The notes: generated by a model from the letters alone, not told the origin. Counted from the first letter of the stretch, positions 35,253 through 43,794 are shown. The stretch is DNA of 57,103 nucleotides from Bacillota bacterium (GCA_050261455.1 JBLNDH010000042.1:1-57103), one strand, 5' to 3'. Numbers and translations: made by a program.

Positions 35253-35830
35253 AAACGTCCTCCTTCTCTTGAAATGCAGATTCCGAAGGCGAGGCCCCTG
35301 CTACCGATCTCTCCACACAGGACCACCACAGGCCATGACATGACCCCACCTTACTTGGTTGTCGATTTTACTCTTTTTGCTTGGCTACCGCTAACAACTC
35401 TTTCAAGGGAGGCACAACGTAGCCGTAACCGGCGGCACCATTTCGCTCCGGTCCGGGACCTGGGAGCACCGTTACTTCCTTATTTGCAGTCCATTGCCGC
35501 CGAGAACATAGTTGCCGAACTTCGTCCATTCCGAGGGGCTGTCCGACCTAACAACGGCCATCGGTGGGCTGTTGGCAAGCAACAGGCGAACTTGAACGCC
35601 AAGGTGATAGTGATCGGGCAGGAGTGGGGAGGCGTGACAGCCCCTTGCGGGCCGCTTACGTTTTGACCGTTCCGTCAGATGTCGAAGGTGTCGGCAAAGA
35701 TGTGAAGGATAGTGGGTTTAGCGCAACAGGGAAGGCAGCTCGCGCTCAGCATGAATTCCGCTCAATAGGTGTCGCCGGCTACACTCAATGCACCAGTGGC
35801 CCTATTCGCCCAAGTCGCGAAGGACTTGCT

Positions 35831-36391
35831 TCATTCGTCCGTGTGAACAAGCCGAGTGTACCCGGGTGGCGGCCAAGCCGGCCCACTGCTTTGCGGCGTG
35901 GTTGGGTGATGTCTACGCTGTCGCCTTTCTTGCGGGGGTGGCGGTTGGACCGGCTGCACCGTCAGCAATGCGGCCGGATCGATGCGATAGATCTTCTTGC
36001 GAACCGAGCCGTATTCCAGGGCTGGCAGCTTGCCTCTCTCGATCAGCCTGCGGATGGTCCACCGAGACACACAGGCTCGCTCGGCCGCCTGCCTCTCTGT
36101 CAGCAACTCGCCCCGGCGTTCTGATGCTCCCTCACGTCGCACAACAGGATTCGTGAGGGTCAGTCCGTGAATCTCAATCTGGCCGATCTTCTGGCGCACG
36201 ACCTTGGCCGCAAATTCGTGACCATCGGGCACACGGGCGACGAGTTGGACACGGAACCACTCGGCATCCTCCTTATCGCTCGTGGCGATGTGTTCGCCTC
36301 CATGGGGCAGTTCGCTTAACTCGATCGGCTGGGTTTCCCAGGATCGATCGTCAGATGAATGTATGAGTAAAAGTATCTTCATGGGGAACAT
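35831..36391 (-). CDS. Excisionase/MerR-type HTH_17 DNA-binding protein with an unknown N-terminal domain
   Basis: LTERQAAERACVSRWTIRRLIERGKLPALEYGSVRKKIYRIDPAAL is a typical HTH_17/Xis motif. The tail is Pro-rich. Start is ATG 36391 or 36382 (the track gives TTG 36403). Confidence 0.7.
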   Translation of the reverse strand: MFPMKILLLIHSSDDRSWETQPIELSELPHGGEHIATSDKEDAEWFRVQLVARVPDGHEFAAKVVRQKIGQIEIHGLTLTNPVVRREGASERRGELLTERQAAERACVSRWTIRRLIERGKLPALEYGSVRKKIYRIDPAALLTVQPVQPPPPQERRQRRHHPTTPQSSGPAWPPPGYTRLVHTDE

Positions 36392-36573
36392 ATTATGCCC
36401 CAATGTTCGGCGGCTGAACTCCCTCTAAACCGCACACCAGTATTCGGACGTCCGCATGATGCCGCAACAGTCAAGTTACTCAGCAATGTGCCGATGGCAA
36501 GTCAGGGTCAGCGAATGCCTACCCAACGCCTTCGCTTAGATCCGACTCGCGACGGCAGCCAAAGGAGGCCAAC

Positions 36574-37584
36574 TTGCGGAAGCATCGGAGACTTCTGGTT
36601 ATGGCGATCGGGATAGCGTTGCTGATGACTCTCTTCCCGCCATGGCGTGTGCGTGAACGCAGGTACCGGGACGATGCATTCGGGCCTGAATACGCAGGCG
36701 GCTATTCGTTCATCCTGGCTCCGCCCTACGCAACAGCGGAGTTTGGGTCGTGGTGCGAGAAGTACACGACGATGGTTGCCCGCTTGGACTGTGAACAATT
36801 GCTGGCTCAATACTTCGCTGTGGCACTGGGAGCGGGATTGGTGGCTGGGTTAGCAAGCCTCTTCAGGAATCAGGAGACAGCTAATCAGCTTCAACATGGT
36901 GGGGATGGCACAGGCTGGTGGGAACAGAACTGTCCGACATTCACCTCACCATTTCGACGGCGTAGGAAACAGGCTCGGAGGGCGGTTGGTTCCCTTGCAC
37001 GAGGAGAGCGGCAGACGGCGAGTTCTGCCCAACCCATGGTCTACGAAGTGGCAAAGGCACCCGAGCAGGTTGAGCCGGGGCTGAAGCATGAGGGAAAGTG
37101 CCAGCCTCCGCACTCCACGGGGTTCAGGGTATCCCTTGTGTCATTGCTCCTGGCCATATCCATCGCGGCATTCTCCGCCCTACCTGATCTGTTTGAGCCT
37201 TCTGTCTGGCGGCGTATCTCGCCATCGGGTGTAGCCGGAGCTTTTACGGGAAACCTGATAGTCTATCTCACCATCCCAGGATACGTCAGCTACGTGGTCT
37301 GGAAGCTGCGACATCGATCCATGGACTCGGCTACGGTTTCATTCTGTGCCCTTGCCGTTGGGTTATTCGTGTTGCATGGAGAGCTTGACCGAGCGAGGAT
37401 GACTACCGTTGGCGTCGTGTCTACTACTCCCCCGGCAATGCAGCCCCGCATCATCTGGGACGATGAGCCAGCTGCTGTTGTTGCCCCAAAGACTGCTACC
37501 CCGATGAAGCCCGATAGTCGAAGAGGCATTCGCCTGGATCAACTGCTGTTGCAGGAGAATCAAAAAGGGCGTTCGCCTGGATGA
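36574..37584 (+). CDS. Multi-pass membrane protein, unknown function
   Basis: AGGAGG RBS 5 nt before TTG 36574. Hydrophobic segments LLVMAIGIALLMTLF, YFAVALGAGLVAGLASLF, LVSLLLAISIAAFSALP, GVAGAFTGNLIVYLTIPGYVSYVVW and FCALAVGLFVLH. The C-terminus carries GIRLDQLL. Confidence 0.6.
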   Translation: MRKHRRLLVMAIGIALLMTLFPPWRVRERRYRDDAFGPEYAGGYSFILAPPYATAEFGSWCEKYTTMVARLDCEQLLAQYFAVALGAGLVAGLASLFRNQETANQLQHGGDGTGWWEQNCPTFTSPFRRRRKQARRAVGSLARGERQTASSAQPMVYEVAKAPEQVEPGLKHEGKCQPPHSTGFRVSLVSLLLAISIAAFSALPDLFEPSVWRRISPSGVAGAFTGNLIVYLTIPGYVSYVVWKLRHRSMDSATVSFCALAVGLFVLHGELDRARMTTVGVVSTTPPAMQPRIIWDDEPAAVVAPKTATPMKPDSRRGIRLDQLLLQENQKGRSPG

Positions 37585-37726
37585 TCCCCTTGAACGGTCT
37601 GCCGGGCCACGGTTGAGCTTGCGGGCGATATCGCCGTCTGCCGGCCACTTTGTTATAGGATGCTTGCGAAGCATTTGACACACGCTGCCGCATATTGGAA
37701 CCTTGTTGCAACTAAAAGGAGGTCGT

Positions 37727-38031
37727 ATGAGACAACTGCTGTCGGCTGTCGCTGTGACCGTGGCGATTTTTGTGCGGGCACCGTATCTGCGGACGTGTAC
37801 GTGAGGGGGTATTACCGGCAGAATGGCACTTATGTTCAGCCGTACTACCGGACGGGCCCGGACCAGAACTCCTACAACAATTACAGCACCTACCCCAACA
37901 TCAATCCCTACACTGGGCAGCAGGGCACGCGGTACTATCCGCCCCGCTGGTCCTCTGACCGCGAATCCCGGCCCTCGTTTTCGCAGCCGCAATTGGTCTA
38001 TCCGCGGTATCCCATCTATCGCCGCTACTAG
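37727..38031 (+). pseudogene. Small secreted Tyr/Pro/Asn-rich protein. The signal peptide and mature part are in different frames.
   Basis: AAGGAGG RBS, then ATG 37727 giving MRQLLSAVAVTVAIFV... with a stop 26 codons in. The +1 frame gives ...CAGTVSADVYVRGYYRQNGTYVQPYYRTGPDQNSYNNYSTYPNINPYTGQQGTRYYP, a recurrent small-protein family pattern. The shift lies near the T5/G3 runs at ~37770-37780. Confidence 0.6.
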
Positions 38032-38455
38032 GTGGTCGGACACGCGCCCCTGGCTCGGTGGCCCCCTGCCAGGGGCGTTGCCCCAACTGCTCAACCAACT
38101 CCAACCGCCCCCGGTCTTAAGGCAGGCTCGCCGTGGTGATGGATGCAGTGCCTTGCCCGGAAGCTTCGCGAAAGGGCTGTCTGGGATGTCGTGCAGCTCG
38201 CAGGCTACCAAACTACCTTTTACCCTCTCCGACGCGTCTGCGCTCGAGCTAGGGGCCTCCCTGACGGGGCGTCGGGGCAATGCCGGGTCGATCACTCGCC
38301 TTACGGCCAATGCAAACGATTGCGTGATTGTCGGGGTTGTGAAGGACCCCCTCTTTCAGGCAGACCTCGGGCAACTATTGACCCGTGCAACCCTCCCGCC
38401 TCTCCGCACCTAGCGTCAAAGACGCCAAGACCCCTATTATCCCCAGTCAGTGAAT

Positions 38456-38680
38456 ACCTTTGGATCTAAATTATTATTACTACTACACTTATTCAAAGAT
38501 AATGAGTGAGTATCTTTGATGAGTACCTTTGGGTAATACGGGCATCTTTGGAGTATACGAAGATGCTCATCAAAGCTACTCATGTGCTATCTTTGGGGGA
38601 CCCTTGTAAATACTAGACTTACCTTCAAAGGTGCTCATGGGTGTACGGGTAATAGGAAGACGGACATCTTTGGTGAGCAT
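38456..38680. repeat. AT-rich cluster of at least 9 CTTTG/CAAAG-centred 13-mers in both orientations (operator/iteron-like)
   Basis: agtgagtatctttg, gatgagtacctttg, gcatctttgg, atgctcatcaaag, gctatctttgg, caaaggtgctcat and ctttggtgagcat. The consensus is roughly ATGAG(C/T)A(C/T)CTTTG and its complement. Confidence 0.7.
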
Positions 38681-38963
38681 CTTCGGTCCAGCGCTTCAAC
38701 TGATCGCTGAACGCGTCTCCTCGCCAGTGGCCACCAGATCCATAAGAGGCGAGGACCATGGCTATCGGGTGGCAGCCCCAGCATGCCGCTACATGACACG
38801 GGTCGCACGATCACCATATCCGCCAAGTCCGCAGCCGATCACCTTCCATCACTTCACCACAGAACCACGCTTCAAGACTTCCGCAACATTCTGAGTGTCC
38901 TAGCCTGCATTCGCAGGTCATTCTTTACATGAGTAAACATTGCTGAATTGCAACATCGGAGGA

Positions 38964-39290
38964 TTAAAAACTACGAGATTCTCGAAGATGAACTAATTTG
39001 GGTGCCATAATTAAGATAGAGGAACATTGTGTTTCTAACGCCCGGCCCCGTGCATCGCAGGACGGTAGGCAAGGAGATAACGACTTGAAAACTCACAGAT
39101 TTCTGAAGATGGGTTGATTCATCGTTCATAGTTTAGATGGACACACAGTGTTTCTAACGCCCCCTACCCCCGGCATGGCCGGGCAGCGGGCAAAGAGGAA
39201 GAGGATGGTAATTTAAAAACTAGCAGATTTCCGAAGGTGCGATGAATCGTGTGCCATACTTCGTATGGACAGGCATAGGTATTCGACTCT
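38964..39290 (+). repeat. Three degenerate tandem repeats, period 121-127 bp
   Basis: Units start at 38964 (ttaaaaactacgagattctcgaagatg), 39085 (ttgaaaactcacagatttctgaagatg) and 39212 (tttaaaaactagcagatttccgaaggtg). Shared internal blocks are gccataNttNNgatNga and gtgtttctaacgccc (units 1 and 2). Confidence 0.75.
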
Positions 39291-39475
39291 GGTAGGGTTC
39301 ACTGGTTGTCGCCTGTTGGCCCTGCCCTGAGGCTTTCTGCGTCCCGGCCTATGGCTGTCGGACGCATCGCGGAGAAAGGAGGACTCGATGGACTGGTAGC
39401 CTCAAAGAATGATGCAGAGATTATGGCGTAGGATTGCGACGTTGTCAAACAGAATTTCGAAATCGGAGGAGAGAA

Positions 39476-39715
39476 ATGGATCAGGCAAGTTTGGCTACGA
39501 CGGTGGCGGACCTCTTGAGCGATGCGGAGGCAGCGGCACGGGCGAAGGTTTCAGTAACGTCGATCAGGAACTGGATCAAGCGAGGGAAGTTGTCGGCAGT
39601 AAAACTGGGGTGGGCGATGCGGATCTCACGCAGCGAACTCGACGCTTTCTTGGCGAAGCGTGGCGGCAAAGTGTCCTCGGTGGCCACGGAGGGTACCGCC
39701 GATGAACAACGATAG
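39476..39715 (+). CDS. HTH_17/excisionase-family DNA-binding protein
   Basis: GGAGGAG RBS, then ATG 39476. LLSDAEAAARAKVSVTSIRNWIKRGKLSAVKLGWAMRISRSELDAFL. Its stop overlaps the next gene's start. Confidence 0.75.
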   Translation: MDQASLATTVADLLSDAEAAARAKVSVTSIRNWIKRGKLSAVKLGWAMRISRSELDAFLAKRGGKVSSVATEGTADEQR

Positions 39716-41927
39716 AGATGAGCTGCCGCTAAGCATCGCTTCGAAGCGGGATGACGTACGCAAGTGGCTCGCAGGATTGGCACCGTGGCGCTGCGACGAT
39801 CGGGCGTGCTGGCTCGAAGCCGGTATGGTCCTGCAATGGTGGTCAGCCCAGCTTGCGAGAATCGGGTACGACCTGAGCGACGAGTTGTTGGATTTGTGGG
39901 TTGATTGGAGCAGTCAGAGTACCAAGTTCGTTCCGGGCGAGTGTGAGCGGCAATGGGAAGGTTTCGATGCCAGCCGGCCGAATCCCGCGAAGCTCGGAAC
40001 CCTGGCTGCATGGTACAAGGAGGACCAGCAAGCCCCCGACTCCGCATCAACTGAGCTCCAAGCGGCCCAAGATCAAGCGGAGGACTACGGGGAGCGGATC
40101 AAGACCCTGAATGCGGATGAGGTGAAAGCTCTGTCCGCCAAGCTGAAGATCACGAAGTCGGCCAAGCTCGTGGTGACCCCGACGAAGCCCACCAAGCCTG
40201 CGGCGATCATGACAAAGCCGCCACGGCATACGCCGGGCGTTGGAACACTCGATGCCATGATCGCAGCCACGGCCAAGAAGCTCGGTGCCGTGAAAACGAC
40301 GCCGTACCCCTACCCCGAAAGGCCCGATGGGTCACTACTTTGCCCTGTTCGGTTCGACTTGCCAGACGGGGGCAAGGCATTCTGCCAATTCTCCCGGGGT
40401 GCCGATGGCCAGTGGCGGCGTGGGGGACTGGATGGCCCCAGCCCCCTCTACGATCTGCCGAAGATCAAGGCGGCGGACAAGAGCGTGCCGATCTTCGTTG
40501 TTGAGGGTGAGAAGTGTGCTGGCGCGGGAACCGAAATCGGTCTGTTGACGACAACAACCGCTGGCGGTGCTCAGTCGCCCGGCAAGTCCGATCTAACGCC
40601 ACTGGCCGGCAGAACGATCTACCTCTTGCCGGACGCCGACGAGCCCGGCGAGGCGTATTCGCGGAAGCTGCAGCAGTTATTCGCTGAGCTGAACCCGCAG
40701 CCGAAAGTGAAGGTGATTCGCCTGCCCGGCCTGCCGGCGAAGGGCGACTTATACGATTTTGTCCAGATCCGCAAGGCAGAAGGAAAGACGCCGGAGCAGA
40801 CCAAGGCAGAGATACTAAGCCTGGCGGCATCGGCCGAATTGGTCGATTTGCTGGACTTCAGGGGCCGTCCCCTGCTTCGCCGAGCCTCGGACGTGGAGTA
40901 TCAGCCCATCCGTTGGCTGTGGCCCGGCTTCATCGCTCTGGGCAAGCTAGCTCTACTGGCAAGCGACCCCGGCTGCGGGAAGTCAACTCTGTCCTGTGAT
41001 TTGGCTGCCCGCATCTCGCGGGGTATGCCATGGCCCGATGCCCCCAACAGCCCGAACGAATCCGGCAGCGTCTTGATGCTGAATGTGGAGGACGATGCCA
41101 GTGATACGGTGCGTCCCCGCCTTGAGGCGGCCGGAGCGGACCTAAGCAAGATCACAATCCTCGAAGGAGTTCGGCGTCATGACAAGAACGGGAAAACTCG
41201 GGATGAGATGTTCTGCCTTGAACAGCACCTTCCTGCACTGGAGTCGGCGATCCGCCAGACTTCCGAATGTCGTCTGATTGTGCTCGATCCTCTGGGCGCG
41301 ATCATGGGGCGAACCGACGGCAACAAGAATGAGGAGGTGCGGGGACTGCTCGCACCGCTCGCGGCATTGGCCGCCCGGTACGGCGTGGCGATCCTAGGAA
41401 TCACGCACCTAAACAAAAGCTCCGGCGGATCGGTGGCATATCGCGTGTTGGGCTCAATCGGCTTCACCGCTGCGGCCCGATGCGTCTTCGGTGTGGCACG
41501 CGATCGTCAGGACCCGACGCGGCGGCTGTTCGTCCCCCTCAAGTCCAACATCGCCGTCGACACCCACACGTTAGCGTACAAGTTGGAGGAATCCAGCATT
41601 CCTGGGATCGCTCGCCTTCGATGGGAGAGTGTTCCCGTCGATATCCGCCCGGAGGATGCGTTTGGAGATGCAGCCAACTCCACTCCCACCAAGACCGACC
41701 AAGCGGGTGAATGGCTTCGCGAAGCTCTGGCCGAAGGCGAAGTTCCCAGCGAAGAGGTTTTCCGTAAGGGTCGCCGAGACGGATTCGCCGTCAGTGCCAT
41801 CCGCCGAGCTGCAGAAGCCCTCGGTGTGCGGGCACGAAAGCGGGGATTCCAAGGCCCCTGGGTGTGGAGGCTACCTGCTGGTGACGGAAACGACACCGAC
41901 CAAGATGCCAGTCCCAAGGCAGATTAG
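39702..41927 (+). CDS. Primase-helicase fusion: PriCT-2-like region + Toprim + AAA_25/RepA-type (RecA-fold) ATPase
   Basis: ATG 39702 overlaps the upstream stop. CDDRACWLEAGMVLQWW...LWVDWSSQSTKFVPGECERQWEGF (PriCT-2-like). IFVVEGEKCAGAG...IYLLPDADEPGEAY (Toprim). LLASDPGCGKSTLSCDLAARIS (Walker A). LIVLDPL (Walker B). Confidence 0.9.
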   Translation: MNNDRDELPLSIASKRDDVRKWLAGLAPWRCDDRACWLEAGMVLQWWSAQLARIGYDLSDELLDLWVDWSSQSTKFVPGECERQWEGFDASRPNPAKLGTLAAWYKEDQQAPDSASTELQAAQDQAEDYGERIKTLNADEVKALSAKLKITKSAKLVVTPTKPTKPAAIMTKPPRHTPGVGTLDAMIAATAKKLGAVKTTPYPYPERPDGSLLCPVRFDLPDGGKAFCQFSRGADGQWRRGGLDGPSPLYDLPKIKAADKSVPIFVVEGEKCAGAGTEIGLLTTTTAGGAQSPGKSDLTPLAGRTIYLLPDADEPGEAYSRKLQQLFAELNPQPKVKVIRLPGLPAKGDLYDFVQIRKAEGKTPEQTKAEILSLAASAELVDLLDFRGRPLLRRASDVEYQPIRWLWPGFIALGKLALLASDPGCGKSTLSCDLAARISRGMPWPDAPNSPNESGSVLMLNVEDDASDTVRPRLEAAGADLSKITILEGVRRHDKNGKTRDEMFCLEQHLPALESAIRQTSECRLIVLDPLGAIMGRTDGNKNEEVRGLLAPLAALAARYGVAILGITHLNKSSGGSVAYRVLGSIGFTAAARCVFGVARDRQDPTRRLFVPLKSNIAVDTHTLAYKLEESSIPGIARLRWESVPVDIRPEDAFGDAANSTPTKTDQAGEWLREALAEGEVPSEEVFRKGRRDGFAVSAIRRAAEALGVRARKRGFQGPWVWRLPAGDGNDTDQDASPKAD

Positions 41928-41974
41928 CCGGACGAGCGGAGGAGTATCGATTTCACCCTGTTGAGAGGAGGAGA

Positions 41975-43441
41975 ATGAGCATCGAGAACACACAACAAGA
42001 TTGCAGAGAACAACAGCAAGCGTCAGGCGATGGCTACCAGCCATTCCCCACGCACCTATTGTCCGCTCCCGCGGCCACTTTCATCCGCGAAACTGCGGCC
42101 GCGATGGGAGTTGACGAGGCCTTCATCGCCGTACCGATGCTGCCCGTTGTGGCGTCCGCGATCGGCAACAGCCGACGCATCACCTTGAAGCCCGGCTGGT
42201 CCGAGCCCTCCGTGATCTGGGCGGCAACGGTCGCGGAGTCCGGTTCCGCCAAGTCTCCGGCGCTTGCAGCCGCAACGCAGCCCGCGTGGGCTCGCCAGCA
42301 GGTCGCGGATGAATCAAAGCATTTTGTCACTTCCGACACGACGATTCCGGCCCTGATGGATCGCTTGGCCAACAACCCGAGGGGCCTGCTGGTCGTCAAT
42401 GACGAGTTGAGCGGATGGCTGGGCCGATACCGGAACGGCAGGTGGGCAAGTGACCTCGCCGCCTATCTCAGCATGTTCGGGGCCGGACCAGTGAAGATCG
42501 ATCGCAAGGGGGGCCAGGAGCCTTCGCTTTTCATCCCCCGCGCCGCCGTGAGCATTACCGGCGGCGTCCAACCGAAAGTCCTGGGTCGCGTGCTGACCCA
42601 GGAGTTGCTCGATAGCGGGTTGGCCGCCCGGTTCTTGTTCGCCATGCCGCCCCGGCAGGCAAAGATGTGGACGGAGCAGGGCGTCACGCCGGAGACGTCG
42701 GCAGCAATGTTGCGGTTGCTCGATACCCTCTATGGCTTGTCGCCCGCACAGGACAGAGAGCCTATTGATTTGCCGATGACTGAATCGGCCACCGCCCTGT
42801 GGGCAGCTTTCTTCGATGCCCATGCCAAGGAGCAAGCGGAGTTGGGCGACAGCAGATTGGTTGCCGCGTGGGCGAAGCTGGAGGGCTACGCCGCGAGACT
42901 GGCTTTGGTGGTGCATTGCCTTCGGCAAGCCGCCGGGGAAGCAGTGGACCCGTGGCACGTTGACGACAAGAGCCTAGCCGCCGGGGTGGAGTTGGTCTCA
43001 TGGTTCAAGGGCGAAACTCAGAGAATCTATCAGACTCTCGTGAAGGGCAATGGAAGGCGGGCAACACGCTCAGCCTCACCTGCCCAGACCGCCTCAATGC
43101 CTCTCTTCGAAGAGGCTGGGAGGCGAATGAGTGAATTCGAACATCGGTATACCGCGTCACGAATGAGACAGGTGTCCAACCTGCTCATCGCCATTCGTGA
43201 ATGCGTGTCCGGTCAGGGAGAACGCTCCGCTAAGGACGATACGCTGGTCGAGCGGGTTGATGCCTTGATCAGCGGCGTGGCTCGGTTGAGGCTGTTCGGT
43301 CAAGAGGCCGCCCGTGTTGACGGTTTGGGCGAGGTCGTTAGTTATTTCCCCGGCCACTATCTAGAAGACACCCCGTTTGTTGACGACGACTGCGGCAGCG
43401 ACTTCGTGGCAACCATGGAGCGGGCGAGTCAGACGCGGTAG
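41975..43441 (+). CDS. DUF3987 (YfjI-like) protein
   Basis: GAGGAGGAG RBS. FPTHLLSAPAATFIRETAAAMGVDEAFIAVPMLPVVASAIGNSRRI...VAESGSAKSPAL...LLVVNDELSGWLG...ISITGGVQPKVL...LAARFLFAMPP. Confidence 0.85.
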   Translation: MSIENTQQDCREQQQASGDGYQPFPTHLLSAPAATFIRETAAAMGVDEAFIAVPMLPVVASAIGNSRRITLKPGWSEPSVIWAATVAESGSAKSPALAAATQPAWARQQVADESKHFVTSDTTIPALMDRLANNPRGLLVVNDELSGWLGRYRNGRWASDLAAYLSMFGAGPVKIDRKGGQEPSLFIPRAAVSITGGVQPKVLGRVLTQELLDSGLAARFLFAMPPRQAKMWTEQGVTPETSAAMLRLLDTLYGLSPAQDREPIDLPMTESATALWAAFFDAHAKEQAELGDSRLVAAWAKLEGYAARLALVVHCLRQAAGEAVDPWHVDDKSLAAGVELVSWFKGETQRIYQTLVKGNGRRATRSASPAQTASMPLFEEAGRRMSEFEHRYTASRMRQVSNLLIAIRECVSGQGERSAKDDTLVERVDALISGVARLRLFGQEAARVDGLGEVVSYFPGHYLEDTPFVDDDCGSDFVATMERASQTR

Positions 43442-43470
43442 TTCGGGAATCGTTTCGAGGACAAAGGAGG

Positions 43471-43794
43471 ATGAGAGTGCCTATTAGTCTAAAAGACCTA
43501 TTGGAGCGAGAAGGGCTAACTGAGGCGGATGTCGTGTTCGTAGGGCAGCCCGCACAGCCCCACGAATCCGCCACACCGCAACGGGAAATTCGCTTGGATG
43601 AGTTGCTCCGGCAAGCGGGTACCTCCGAATACGCTATTCAGCGTTCGCCGGCTGCGGTGGCGACACCTCAACAGGGAATTCCGCTTGATCAATTGCTGGC
43701 TCAAGCGGGCCAGTCGGCTCCAGACTTCCTTAGCGACGATCAGATAAGCCGCATGGGCGGCGAACCAAGGGGCGCCGAGCACGCCGGGCGTTGA
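43471..43794 (+). CDS. Small hypothetical protein with three (I/L)xLxxLL(x)xxG repeats
   Basis: AAGGAGG RBS, then ATG 43471. ISLKDLLEREG, EIRLDELLRQAG and GIPLDQLLAQAG. Its 3' end runs into the truncated integrase 3. Confidence 0.55.
   Translation: MRVPISLKDLLEREGLTEADVVFVGQPAQPHESATPQREIRLDELLRQAGTSEYAIQRSPAAVATPQQGIPLDQLLAQAGQSAPDFLSDDQISRMGGEPRGAEHAGR

Noticed and set aside
35274-35666. 130-aa plus-strand ORF
   Set aside because: It starts within the RBS/start region of the opposite-strand 666-aa gene, is Arg/Pro/His-rich, and has no motif support.
37363-38310. 315-aa minus-strand ORF and the overlapping 196-aa plus-strand ORF (37823-38413)
   Set aside because: The minus ORF is antisense to the membrane protein and the small secreted-protein genes and is Arg/Pro/Gly-rich. 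The plus ORF is out of frame with the recognisable YVRGYYRQNGTYVQPYYR family frame. Its 38.05-38.41 kb tail is left unresolved.
38631-38894. 87-aa plus-strand ORF (and the 63-aa minus-strand ORF at 38635-38826)
   Set aside because: It starts inside the repeat cluster and has no RBS. The composition is not convincing and no family is recognised.
38964-39290. Tandem repeats as a CRISPR array
   Set aside because: Units are ~125 bp with no repeat/spacer alternation of 25-40 nt. The similarity is degenerate across the whole unit, and no cas genes are present in the window.
39388-39399. Three-codon mini-ORF ATG-GAC-TGG-TAG behind a strong AAAGGAGG site
   Set aside because: It could be a leader peptide, but a single unconserved 3-codon frame cannot be supported from sequence alone.
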